From Candidatus Latescibacterota bacterium (GTDB lineage: Bacteria > Latescibacterota > UBA2968 > UBA8231): a stretch of DNA of 64,000 nucleotides. Of this stretch, positions 50,268-58,980 are shown in pieces. Where the stretch lies: assembly GCA_965261395.1 (NCBI GenBank), contig OZ253462.1, positions 960,001 through 1,024,000 of the forward strand, given 5' to 3'. Under the pieces are notes generated by a model, which had not been told where the DNA came from, made no database searches, and worked only from the letters and a program-made list of their open reading frames with translations. How positions within the stretch are numbered: the stretch's first letter is position 1; each line of letters starts with the position of its first letter. A program made the position numbers and the translations under genes.

Positions 50268-51722
50268 TTGGTGATTCCCATCGACATGCCAGACGCGGTC
50301 AAGCGCGCAGACGGCAGTGCGCGCTTTGCGTACGTCACTTTTGTGATGATGAACGACAGCTACGTGCCCGGTGCGCTCCTGCTGGCCTACGGACTGCGCC
50401 GGCAGTGGACCGAGGCGGATATAGTCTGCTTGGTCACACCCGAAGTCACGGCCGACGCCCGCGACGCGCTCGCAGTGCTCTACGATCACGTGGTTGAGGT
50501 CGAGACCGTGTGCGTGCCACACAAGCGCAGCCACCAGCGGCGGGACCGCCCCTTTTGGTTTACCCGGCAGAATGCCTTCCGCCTCGGAGCCGACGGGGAC
50601 TTGGGCCTATCCTACGAGAAGATCGTGGTCCTCGACGCCGATGTGCTGCCGATGAAGTGGTTCGATCACCTCTTTACGCTCGACGCGCCTTCCGGGGTCT
50701 TAAACGAGAGCAAGGAGCACTGCATTGAGGAGGACGAGCAGGGCCAGTACATCGTCCCGCAAAACTTGCACGTCGGCACCGAGTGGAGGTGGCACCGCCT
50801 GTACGCGGCTTGTCCCCACGGCCAAGCCATTCCCCGAGAAATTACCGATCGGGTCGCAGCCGACCCCGGCAACAACACCGGCATCAGCGGTTCGCTCTAC
50901 GTGTGGGAACCTTCTATGCGGGAGTTTCTCGACATTTGCGAGACGATTGCCAAGCCTCCGGTGGTCGAATACGTCACGGACCTATTCGACTACCCGGACA
51001 TGCAGTACATGACGATGCGCTATTCCGGCAGTTGGAAGAGCATCGACTTGCGCTTTATAGGCTTCAAGGGCTACCCAGGGCTAAAGGCGCTCTTCGGCAC
51101 CCACTACGCGGGCTTCAAGCCTTGGTATTTCAAGCAGCCGCAACTGCTCAAGCGCTATAGTCAGTACGAGGATTTCGCATACTGGTATCGGGAGTACTTG
51201 GCCATGGTGTGGGTGGATTATCCCGATTTGCGGAAAATCAAACGGCTTGCGAGACTCGACGAGGATATCCGGGCACTGACCGGCATCCAAATCGGCGAGA
51301 TGCAAGACAGACCCTCGGAGAAAAACAATCCGCGCCAGCGAAAGGAGCACACTGTGAACATACACGTGGGTAATTTGGCAAAGACGACCAAAAAGGAGGC
51401 GCTGATCGAGCTCTTCCAACCGTATGGGAAGGTCGTGGCCGCCACCATCGCCCGAGACAAGAAGAACGGTGCCTCGCGCGGCTTCGGTTACGTGGAGATG
51501 GCTACCCGGCACGAAGGCGAAGAGGCCATCGCCCATCTCAACGACAAGGAGTTCGAGGGGCAGAAGTTGCACCTCAGCGAAGCGCACGAGAGCAAGGGCA
51601 AGGGCGGGCGCGGGTCGGGCAAGGGCGACCGCGCTGACCAGCAGCACAGTAGTTTTTTCTCTGCCCGTGGCGACCAGCACAACGCGGGAAATATGCGGCG
51701 GAGCGGACGGCGGGGTTCCTAG
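50268..51722 (+). CDS. Glycogenin-like GT8 glycosyltransferase fused in frame to an RRM RNA-binding domain with a Gly/Arg-rich tail
   Basis: AYVT...DSYVPGAL, YEKIVVLDAD, HYAGFKPW; then RNP2 IHVGNL and RNP1 RGFGYVEM. Confidence 0.8.
   Translation: MVIPIDMPDAVKRADGSARFAYVTFVMMNDSYVPGALLLAYGLRRQWTEADIVCLVTPEVTADARDALAVLYDHVVEVETVCVPHKRSHQRRDRPFWFTRQNAFRLGADGDLGLSYEKIVVLDADVLPMKWFDHLFTLDAPSGVLNESKEHCIEEDEQGQYIVPQNLHVGTEWRWHRLYAACPHGQAIPREITDRVAADPGNNTGISGSLYVWEPSMREFLDICETIAKPPVVEYVTDLFDYPDMQYMTMRYSGSWKSIDLRFIGFKGYPGLKALFGTHYAGFKPWYFKQPQLLKRYSQYEDFAYWYREYLAMVWVDYPDLRKIKRLARLDEDIRALTGIQIGEMQDRPSEKNNPRQRKEHTVNIHVGNLAKTTKKEALIELFQPYGKVVAATIARDKKNGASRGFGYVEMATRHEGEEAIAHLNDKEFEGQKLHLSEAHESKGKGGRGSGKGDRADQQHSSFFSARGDQHNAGNMRRSGRRGS
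51341..51356 (+). promoter_or_regulatory. Internal Shine-Dalgarno and in-frame GTG start for a stand-alone 122-aa RRM protein (51354-51722)
   Basis: AAAGGAG-cacact-GTG giving (M)NIHVGNL, the usual N-terminus of bacterial RRM proteins. Confidence 0.65.
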
Positions 51723-54064
51723 TCTGGGCGATCATAAAGCAGCAACCGCGCGAGGATGGGGTCGTGGTCGCTGGCTTGGTTGGGGAACTCGGTGTTGACG
51801 TGGACATGGTCGAACTCGGGCTGGAGCGCGATCAGAGCCGAGCTGACCAGCAGGTGATCGAGCTGCTGGGAAATTCCCTGAAAGTTATAGGAATAGGCCA
51901 AATCTCCATCCATCGCGTCGCCGAGATTGAAGAGGAGCGGCGGAGTGCCGGCGAGCGTTTGCAGGACATCGCCCGGCGGCGGTTGTACTGGGTCGAGCGG
52001 AAACGGGCACTCGTTGAAATCCCCGAGCACGACGATGTTGGCGTTGGGATCGGCGGCCAGCAGCTCGGCGACGAGGTCGTGGATGAACGCGGCCTGCGCG
52101 AGGCGCTTGGCAAGCCCGCCATTCGTCGGCGGCTGGATTCGACCGAAGAGGGGTGGACTGCCAGACTTGGACGAGAAGTGGCAGTTGATCACCGTCAGCT
52201 TGGTTCCCTTGAAATCGAACGCGGCCTTGAGCGGTTTGCGGCTGTTGCGGAAGGCATCGTCGCCATCGGTGTCTTCAATGCGTTCCACCGAACCAATCAG
52301 GGCCACCCGACCGGGCTGGTAGAGGTACGCAACGCGGATATTGCCGCCCGGCTGGCCGCCGTCGGCCCCATCTGGGGGCGCGACATCCGCGTACTCATAC
52401 CTCGGACCACTGGCCGCAGCAATGGCGGCAATGAGCGTTTGCGCCGTCTGGTCCGCTGAAGTGGTGCCGTCGTTGACCGCGCCGCTGTTGTCCTGCACTT
52501 CCTGCAGGGCCAGCACGTCTGGTGCGCCCAAGCGATGGACAATTTGGTCGGCAATGGCCGCGAATTGACCGTCCGCTAGGTCCGCACTTTTGTCGTCGTC
52601 ATTGGGATCGAGATTGAACACGTTGAAACTGCCCACCGTCAGATGCTGGGCCGTGCCGACGAGGGTGGTCATTTCCGGCACCAAGCCAGCGCTCTCCACC
52701 ACCGGCTCGGTCAGGACGAGCACCTCAAAGTTGCCAAAGCGGTAGCTAACCGGGCCGCGCACATAGCCGAGTGCATCGCCGACCTGCGCGGCCGGCATGG
52801 CACCGGGTAGCAGACTGTCGTCGAGCTGGATGCGCTGCGGATGCAGGGTCTCCGACGTCAGATTCAACCCGCCCCGTGAGTTGAGCTGCTGCCTCGCACC
52901 AGCATCGGCGAGGACGACAATCTCGCCAAAGCGGTTGGTCGGACTAATGGCGACCGCGTCCTGCACCTCCACGAGCATGCCTTCTAGCGACTCGTAGAAG
53001 TCAATGCCGTCTTCCGCTGGGTCGAAAATTGCGAAGTTGTCGTTGTCGATCACCCTCGTCGGCGGTCGGCGGCCGGCCGCGCCAATGGCCACTGGAGCCG
53101 GTATGGGGTTGCCGGTTGACACGATCTGAATGCGGTCGGGCTGCGAGAATTCGGTTATCGACAGATTGTTGGTAGCCGCGCCGCCGGGAATGTATTCGAT
53201 CACAGTGCCGGTCACTTGTACCTCGTCGCCGATGGAGACCTTCGGGGCATTTTTGGTAAAGACGAACATCCCGTCGGATGTGCGCTCATCGCCGTCTCCG
53301 GTTGCGTCTTGGAAGTAGAAGCCATTGCGAGAGACAGCCGTTACAATGCCCCGCGTCGAGACTTGCTCGCCCTCGTGCGGCGAGGTGTGGCCAGCCCCTT
53401 GGATTTCGCAGATTCTGAGTACCGGGGGAGACGCCAGAGGGGCCGCGCTTGGGGTGTTGGCGACGATTGCCGAGTCCGTGCCGAAGACTTGGTCGGCATT
53501 TACAGCACCAAAGCTGGCCCGGGTCGGTACGCTCCAGAAAAAATCACCCGGCGCGGTGCCAGTGCCCTTGAGTTGCAGAGAAAATTCCACCGGCGTGGAA
53601 TTGGATTCGGCAACCCTGATGTCGGTGCTGGTCATGCCGTCAGCGGGTCCACCTGCTGCCGTGAAGGTCCCTTCGTAACTGAGGAACTGGACGACCTTGC
53701 CGTTGGCGACTAGGGCGATCCCGTCGGGGGCACCGTTCTGGATGCTTTTTGCAAAGCCGAAGGCGATCGTTCCGAACCCGTTGGCCTGATCCGGTATGAT
53801 CCCGCTTAAGTGCTTAGTACGGTATAAGGTGCCATTCCTCCCATTGTAGAGTGCCAGTGCCCAGCCGGAAAGATTGGTCCCGGCTGGCCCAGCGACCTCA
53901 ATGGCTTCGCCGGTATCCTTGCCGATGTTGTCGTAGTGAATTTCGTTGATGAATGCAGTTTGCCCCAGCAACGGCCCAGCCCCAATCGAGAGTAGCGAGG
54001 CGCAAAAAGCGGATCGGCGAAGCCAGCCGTGTTGGGGCTTGGAGCGTGTGTCGAACATGGTCAA
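51719..54064 (-). CDS. Extracellular nuclease, ExeM/NucH-like (lamin-tail domain, OB fold, EEP domain)
   Basis: FINEIHYDN; EIQG...GIVTAV...GFYFQD...SDG; FNVFNL, LQE, NCHFSSK, GDFN, LDH, SDHDP. Confidence 0.88.
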   Translation of the reverse strand: MTMFDTRSKPQHGWLRRSAFCASLLSIGAGPLLGQTAFINEIHYDNIGKDTGEAIEVAGPAGTNLSGWALALYNGRNGTLYRTKHLSGIIPDQANGFGTIAFGFAKSIQNGAPDGIALVANGKVVQFLSYEGTFTAAGGPADGMTSTDIRVAESNSTPVEFSLQLKGTGTAPGDFFWSVPTRASFGAVNADQVFGTDSAIVANTPSAAPLASPPVLRICEIQGAGHTSPHEGEQVSTRGIVTAVSRNGFYFQDATGDGDERTSDGMFVFTKNAPKVSIGDEVQVTGTVIEYIPGGAATNNLSITEFSQPDRIQIVSTGNPIPAPVAIGAAGRRPPTRVIDNDNFAIFDPAEDGIDFYESLEGMLVEVQDAVAISPTNRFGEIVVLADAGARQQLNSRGGLNLTSETLHPQRIQLDDSLLPGAMPAAQVGDALGYVRGPVSYRFGNFEVLVLTEPVVESAGLVPEMTTLVGTAQHLTVGSFNVFNLDPNDDDKSADLADGQFAAIADQIVHRLGAPDVLALQEVQDNSGAVNDGTTSADQTAQTLIAAIAAASGPRYEYADVAPPDGADGGQPGGNIRVAYLYQPGRVALIGSVERIEDTDGDDAFRNSRKPLKAAFDFKGTKLTVINCHFSSKSGSPPLFGRIQPPTNGGLAKRLAQAAFIHDLVAELLAADPNANIVVLGDFNECPFPLDPVQPPPGDVLQTLAGTPPLLFNLGDAMDGDLAYSYNFQGISQQLDHLLVSSALIALQPEFDHVHVNTEFPNQASDHDPILARLLLYDRPD

Positions 54065-54171
54065 CGTTCTTGGTTGGCGGCAAGCAGGAGCTGCGACGGG
54101 AGTGTTCTCAGCCGCGTTCCCGACGCAACAGCATCAATAATTCGGCGTGGCTTTGAACGCGGAGCTAAGCG

Positions 54172-54365
54172 CAATACGGTTTAGTTACGGGAACAAAGTG
54201 CGCCGACCCGAACCTGTTGCTCGTCCCCTTTTGTATCGTCATTCCGGCGAAAGCCGGAATCCAGCGGGGCGGGGGACTGGACTCCCTTCGCAGGAGTGAC
54301 ACCCCATGCAACTCCAAAAAATGAAACGGGTTAGACAATCATATCATGCTAACTAAACCGTATTG
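54172..54365. mobile_element. 194-bp MITE with perfect 16-bp terminal inverted repeats and a 10-bp target-site duplication
   Basis: TIRs CAATACGGTTTAGTTA (54172-54187) and TAACTAAACCGTATTG (54350-54365); GAGCTAAGCG at 54162-54171 and 54366-54375. Confidence 0.85.
54238..54300. repeat. Composite palindromic repeat inside the MITE
   Basis: ATTCCGGC-GAAA-GCCGGAAT hairpin, CCAG/CTGG, ACTCC/GGAGT, outer GTCA/TGAC. Confidence 0.7.
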
Positions 54366-54540
54366 GAGCTAAGCGGCTTGGCGTCTGCCTGATTCCAAGT
54401 GCCTGCGACGAGACTCTACCCGGTTCTATCCGCAGACGGTCCTTTACGACGGGTTGACCCATCTGTTTGCCATCGGCCCGTACGGGGTGAGATAAATTCT
54501 GCTGATCACCAACCGAACCTACCTCAAGTAGGGGCAGGCT

Positions 54541-56256
54541 CTATATGGCAAAGTCTGATTCACCCGTTTCGCTTGTACCTACTGATGGACCTGCTGGCTT
54601 GAACCCTTCTGTGGGCGTGTGGGAGCTGCTAGTGGGCGAGCGTTCTTCTCTGCATTTTTCACAACAAAAGCCACAGTCTGGGCAGATTAACTTGCTGCAA
54701 CGTTCACATAGCTCTGATTCACCTTCACCTAAAACTAAGGGATTCTTACCGCAGCGGGCTTTGTTTAACCATCCACCACAATAGGCAATTAATGTTGTCC
54801 ATGAATTCTCATTTGGGTCAGATTTTCCCCGTAAAATGTTAAAGCTCATTAATTGGAATACACGGAATCTGCGAATCAACTCATTTTCAGCAGTCCATAA
54901 AGTCCCTAACGCCTCGATAAGTGCATCTATGGTTTCCAGAGGATCATAAAGACCTAAAGGGTTATTACTTCCTTTGTAGAAAAGGAATTTTCTATAGTTC
55001 TCTGGCTTGAAATCAGAAACTGTTTTGGAGCAAGCAGCCATATCGAGAAAATGCTCCAATATCGTAAGAAATAGAAAAGGTAGTGAGAGTCCGTATTCTT
55101 TTATTCGGTTACACAACTGATTAAGGAAACACCATTTCCAGCGGTCAGCCTCTTTGTCTAAAATTTTCTTTAAGCCTATACCAGCCGCAATGGCTACTGG
55201 AATCAGGTCGGGCTTGTCTTTTAGCAAAGCAAGATCGGAAAAGTCTTTTAGTTCCTTTAGTGCGTTATCTCGTTCTGTGTAAACATATTCGGGATAGTCA
55301 AACACCCATGGTGGCAAAAGATAATCAATTGTCGGATTAGGATTTTTAAAATGAACCAAGCTACCAAATTCCTTCTTCAATATCTGTTGCTTTTCTAGAG
55401 TAGTTTCTCCAAGAAATAGGATTTTGGCATATTTGTGGTGTTCTGTAGGTTCCAGTAATTCAGGTGCCCGTATATAAGGAGAAAAAACACCAGAAATTAT
55501 CACGTTTTGGCCTTCTCTACTGCTCTTGAATTGTGGAATACAGTGTTCGGTATATCTATCTTTACTTTTCTGAGATCGACGCGAGTTTTTGACATCAATA
55601 GGATATCCATCAACTTTTAGGTCATAATCCCTCCAGTCGGAGTTGTTGTTTTCGTCGATCTGCGTAATCGAAATGTCTTCTACCGTTTTGGTTTTGTCTT
55701 GATTTTGATAAAAGTACATAGCTGTTTTTTCTGCAAATCTTGCGGAGAGTAAGCGGCCTAAGTGTCCTGCAGTCTTGCTGTCAGTTTTCATTAATTCTAC
55801 TAACGACATCCTATTGAGATTATTCATAGGAGTATTACACCACTTACCGACAAGCTGTATATCGTCCTCATTCAGTTCCGGAAGTGAAAAGTGTGCTCTT
55901 ACATCAGGATTCATAGCCTTTTCAGACAGATCAGAGAACCGCTTTCTGGCCATCGATTTTTGCTGGTATTCATTTGTTTTTTGAATAGTCTGCTCTGGAA
56001 TTATTCGCTTCTGATTCACCCTTGAGTCCGCACTCTCTCCCGTCACGAGGGCGATACGCCCCTCGGCAAAGTCCAGCATGGCACTGGCCGACGAGTTGGG
56101 CAGTTCTTCTTCGGGGATTTCGTCTTCGGCTTCTCTCAATTTACGCTCTGTGTTAATGTCTCGTGCGCGCTGCGACAGACTGCGACAGACTTGGAAGGCG
56201 TCGATTTCGCCTTCCAGCTTGAGGGCGACTTCCCGAGAAAACATCGACTTAGCCAT
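54541..56256 (-). CDS. RNA polymerase omega (RpoZ)-like N-terminal domain fused to an AT-rich PD-(D/E)XK-like nuclease and a Cys-rich Zn-binding domain
   Basis: aa 1-75 read FQVCRSLSQRARDIN...NSSASAMLDFAEGRI, matching the omega pattern. Then AEK...DYDLKVDGYPIDVKNS and CGG...CGKNP...CERCSKLICPDCGFCCEKC. Confidence 0.65.
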   Translation of the reverse strand: MAKSMFSREVALKLEGEIDAFQVCRSLSQRARDINTERKLREAEDEIPEEELPNSSASAMLDFAEGRIALVTGESADSRVNQKRIIPEQTIQKTNEYQQKSMARKRFSDLSEKAMNPDVRAHFSLPELNEDDIQLVGKWCNTPMNNLNRMSLVELMKTDSKTAGHLGRLLSARFAEKTAMYFYQNQDKTKTVEDISITQIDENNNSDWRDYDLKVDGYPIDVKNSRRSQKSKDRYTEHCIPQFKSSREGQNVIISGVFSPYIRAPELLEPTEHHKYAKILFLGETTLEKQQILKKEFGSLVHFKNPNPTIDYLLPPWVFDYPEYVYTERDNALKELKDFSDLALLKDKPDLIPVAIAAGIGLKKILDKEADRWKWCFLNQLCNRIKEYGLSLPFLFLTILEHFLDMAACSKTVSDFKPENYRKFLFYKGSNNPLGLYDPLETIDALIEALGTLWTAENELIRRFRVFQLMSFNILRGKSDPNENSWTTLIAYCGGWLNKARCGKNPLVLGEGESELCERCSKLICPDCGFCCEKCREERSPTSSSHTPTEGFKPAGPSVGTSETGESDFAI

Positions 56257-56345
56257 TATAGCTCCCAGATATCAAAGGTGGATGCATAGTTCTATATCCT
56301 CCGTGGACTGTTCATCTTGAACCACACCAAATCGTCGCGTCTTAT

Positions 56346-56939
56346 TTAACTCATCCCAGACAATAGCGCGAGCAGTTCGGCGTGGCTTTGGACGCGGAAG
56401 TCGGCCTCGGCAGTCCACAGGTCCTGACCTGCAGAGTCGTAGTAGATGGTGGTGACCTCGGCGCGGCGGCCGGCCTCTAGGTCGTAGCGGAAGTCGCCGA
56501 CCATTACGGCTGTTTCCGGCGCGGCATCCCAAGCGACAAGTAGCTTGCGAATGCCATCGGGATCGGGCTTGGGGGCGGCTTCGTCGCGGCCTAAGACGTG
56601 GACGGGATCGAAGAATTTGGCGAGCTCGCAGACGGCGAGCGTCTGCAACGCATTGGCGCGGTTGTTGCGGGTGAGGATGCCGAGTCGGGCACCGCGTTGG
56701 ACCAGTGAGGTCAGCAGCGCGTGGACGCCGGGTAGGGGCTGGGCGCGGAGGGCGTACTCGCGTTCGAGCGCGGCAAGGCGGCTTCTGAGCACGGCTGCTT
56801 CGGCGGCGGGGCGAGCGTCAATCTCTTCGAGCATCCCCTTGCCCAAAGGCAGGCCCAACTTCTGGCGCATATCGCCGAAGTCAATGGCGCTATCGGCCAG
56901 GGTGTTATCGAGATCGAAAATCCAGTGGGTGAAGTTCAT
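56346..56939 (-). CDS. HAD-superfamily hydrolase (phosphoglycolate phosphatase-like)
   Basis: FDLDNTL, LTRN, KPDPDG, MVGDFRYD. Confidence 0.9.
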   Translation of the reverse strand: MNFTHWIFDLDNTLADSAIDFGDMRQKLGLPLGKGMLEEIDARPAAEAAVLRSRLAALEREYALRAQPLPGVHALLTSLVQRGARLGILTRNNRANALQTLAVCELAKFFDPVHVLGRDEAAPKPDPDGIRKLLVAWDAAPETAVMVGDFRYDLEAGRRAEVTTIYYDSAGQDLWTAEADFRVQSHAELLALLSGMS

Positions 56940-57940
56940 ACCCCCAGAACTTCTCGTGCGGCCTGTGTAGTCTCGCGGACTTGGCCTAGGGTGCCCATCC
57001 CAAACATCGAGGCCGAGACGCCTATCTCCTTAAAGACATATTCGAATGCCTTGTGGCCAAGGTAGCGACCGCCGGCCAGCGGCTTGATGGCGATGACGGG
57101 TTTGCTGGCGTTTTTGATCGCGTCGATGGCCATATCGCGGGTGGGGAACATGAAGGTGCCCGGGGCGTTGACGGTGGTCAGGTAGCCATCGACGGGGATG
57201 TTTTCGGCCTCGAGGAGCGGTAGGGTGACACCGGCGTGGTGGACGCTGGTGATAACCGTGTCAAAGCGCTGGCGCAGAAAGCCCAAGTACTCGCGGATCA
57301 GGTCGAAGCGGCCAGTCATCGCCAGCAGGTCGATCTCAGCACCGGGGTCGGCAATGAGGATATCGCAGCCGGCGAAGAATCCCAAATATTGTTCGAGGAT
57401 GCCGTAGTCGATCTCGAAGCGGGCGGCGTCTTCTTCTGTGTAAGGTGGCACGGTCTCTGGGGTGACGATGCCGTTGAAGGTGTCGCCTAGGTTGTAGCGG
57501 ATGATGTCGTCGCGGTGGAAGTGCTCGCGGAAGGCCGCACCGCCGAGGGCTTCGTTGCAGCCATAGAAGGTCGAGTGGGCGCGCTCGGAGTAAGAGACGA
57601 TTTCGCCGTCCAAAGTCACCGGGATCAGGATATAGGCCACCATGCCGAGTTGGGTGTTGGTCTGTTGCTCGGTTTCCCAGATCGCTTGCAGGTGCAGGCG
57701 GTCGAGTTCGGGCAGCATGTGGTCCACTTGGACGGCGGTGATGCCGCCCTCTTCGACCGCGCAACGCAGAACGTCGGCTACGGATTGGACGCGGTTAAAG
57801 GCGCGAAAATTTTCGGCGTCGCGTTCCTTGTTCTGGTAGGAACAGCCATCGTAGGGATGGATGCCCATAATCAGGCGGGGAATTTCGGCTTGGCCGATCT
57901 GGGTGGTAGGGACGCTGCAACCTTCGAGATAGGTTTTCAT
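56936..57940 (-). CDS. Hypothetical protein, distant aldo/keto-reductase-like TIM barrel
   Basis: IPRLIMG, TTVNAPG, KPVIAIKPLAGGR, GMGTLGQVRE. Confidence 0.5.
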   Translation of the reverse strand: MKTYLEGCSVPTTQIGQAEIPRLIMGIHPYDGCSYQNKERDAENFRAFNRVQSVADVLRCAVEEGGITAVQVDHMLPELDRLHLQAIWETEQQTNTQLGMVAYILIPVTLDGEIVSYSERAHSTFYGCNEALGGAAFREHFHRDDIIRYNLGDTFNGIVTPETVPPYTEEDAARFEIDYGILEQYLGFFAGCDILIADPGAEIDLLAMTGRFDLIREYLGFLRQRFDTVITSVHHAGVTLPLLEAENIPVDGYLTTVNAPGTFMFPTRDMAIDAIKNASKPVIAIKPLAGGRYLGHKAFEYVFKEIGVSASMFGMGTLGQVRETTQAAREVLGV

Positions 57941-57957
57941 CGCGTTGTTCCTGTTGA

Positions 57958-58959
57958 TTAGGCTTGGCGCTCGGCAAAAGGGGTCCAGCTACGGCCGGGT
58001 TTGTGGACGGGGGTCCGTTCGTAGCGGGTGCGGATTTCCTTGAATTCGGCGATGTCGGTGACTTCGCGCTGTGGATTTTCCGCGTTTTTGATGACAAAGT
58101 CGCCCTCCGTGGGCAAGCAGGCCATAGTGACCGGGTCGCGTTCTGGGTTGAAGTCTGCGGGGTCTTCGTCAATGTTATTCGGGATCTCGGCGTCTTGGTA
58201 GCGGAGATCGACGCTCCAGCGGACGATGTTGGTGTTGTTCTCAAAGGAGGCGTGCGGGGTGAGGTTGGTCATAAAGAGTACCGAGCCGGCGCGCATTGGG
58301 CAGGCCACAGGCTCGGGGGCGGGCAGGTCTTCGCGGGCGATTTCGAGATACCCGCCTTGCCCGCCGGTGTAGTGGCGGTAAACGCCGCGGCGATGCGATT
58401 TGGGGAGGACGTATAGGCAGCCGTTTTCAATGGTGGCATCGACGAGGGGAATCCAGCAGGTCACGATCAAGCTCCCGTCGCAGTGAGGCATGAAGTAACC
58501 CGAGTCTTGATGCCAAGGCACGGCACCGCGCGAGTAGCGAGGAGCCTTGGGGCGGATGCGGTACACGGACGAGCCAATGATGTCCGGGCCGACGAGGCTT
58601 TCGATGCAGGAGACGAGCGGCGGATGGCGCAAAAAGTCGAGAATGGCCTGTTCCTTGAAGCCGCCGCCGCCGTGCCCCATGATCGCTCGGGTCACGCGCT
58701 CGCCGACTGCGACATTGGCTTTGAAAAGGGAGCCGAGCCGGGTTTCAAAGGGTTCGGCGGCAAAGGTCTCTGCGCCGAGTAGCCCTTCTTTTTGCAAGGT
58801 GGTACACGTCTGGTCAATGACGGCGGTGAGGCCGTCATTGAGGGGTTGCAGATCGGCTTGGGAGTAGATTTCTTCTTTGACTACGTAGCCGAGATCGTGG
58901 AATTGCTGGCGTTCGGCAGTGGTTAGGCCCATAACATGCTCCGGGTGAAAGGTCGTCAA
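57958..58959 (-). CDS. PhyH-family dioxygenase
   Basis: VPWHQDSGY, TCWIPL, NGCLYVLPKSH, TPHAS, RWSVDLRY. Start TTG 58959 or ATG 58932. Confidence 0.85.
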   Translation of the reverse strand: MTTFHPEHVMGLTTAERQQFHDLGYVVKEEIYSQADLQPLNDGLTAVIDQTCTTLQKEGLLGAETFAAEPFETRLGSLFKANVAVGERVTRAIMGHGGGGFKEQAILDFLRHPPLVSCIESLVGPDIIGSSVYRIRPKAPRYSRGAVPWHQDSGYFMPHCDGSLIVTCWIPLVDATIENGCLYVLPKSHRRGVYRHYTGGQGGYLEIAREDLPAPEPVACPMRAGSVLFMTNLTPHASFENNTNIVRWSVDLRYQDAEIPNNIDEDPADFNPERDPVTMACLPTEGDFVIKNAENPQREVTDIAEFKEIRTRYERTPVHKPGRSWTPFAERQA

Positions 58960-58980
58960 AGGGTATCCCCTCTGTCCGCG

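Noticed and set aside
54376-54527. Possible small ORF or gene remnant between the MITE and the omega fusion
   Set aside because: Short, no convincing start or motif; cannot be supported without a search.
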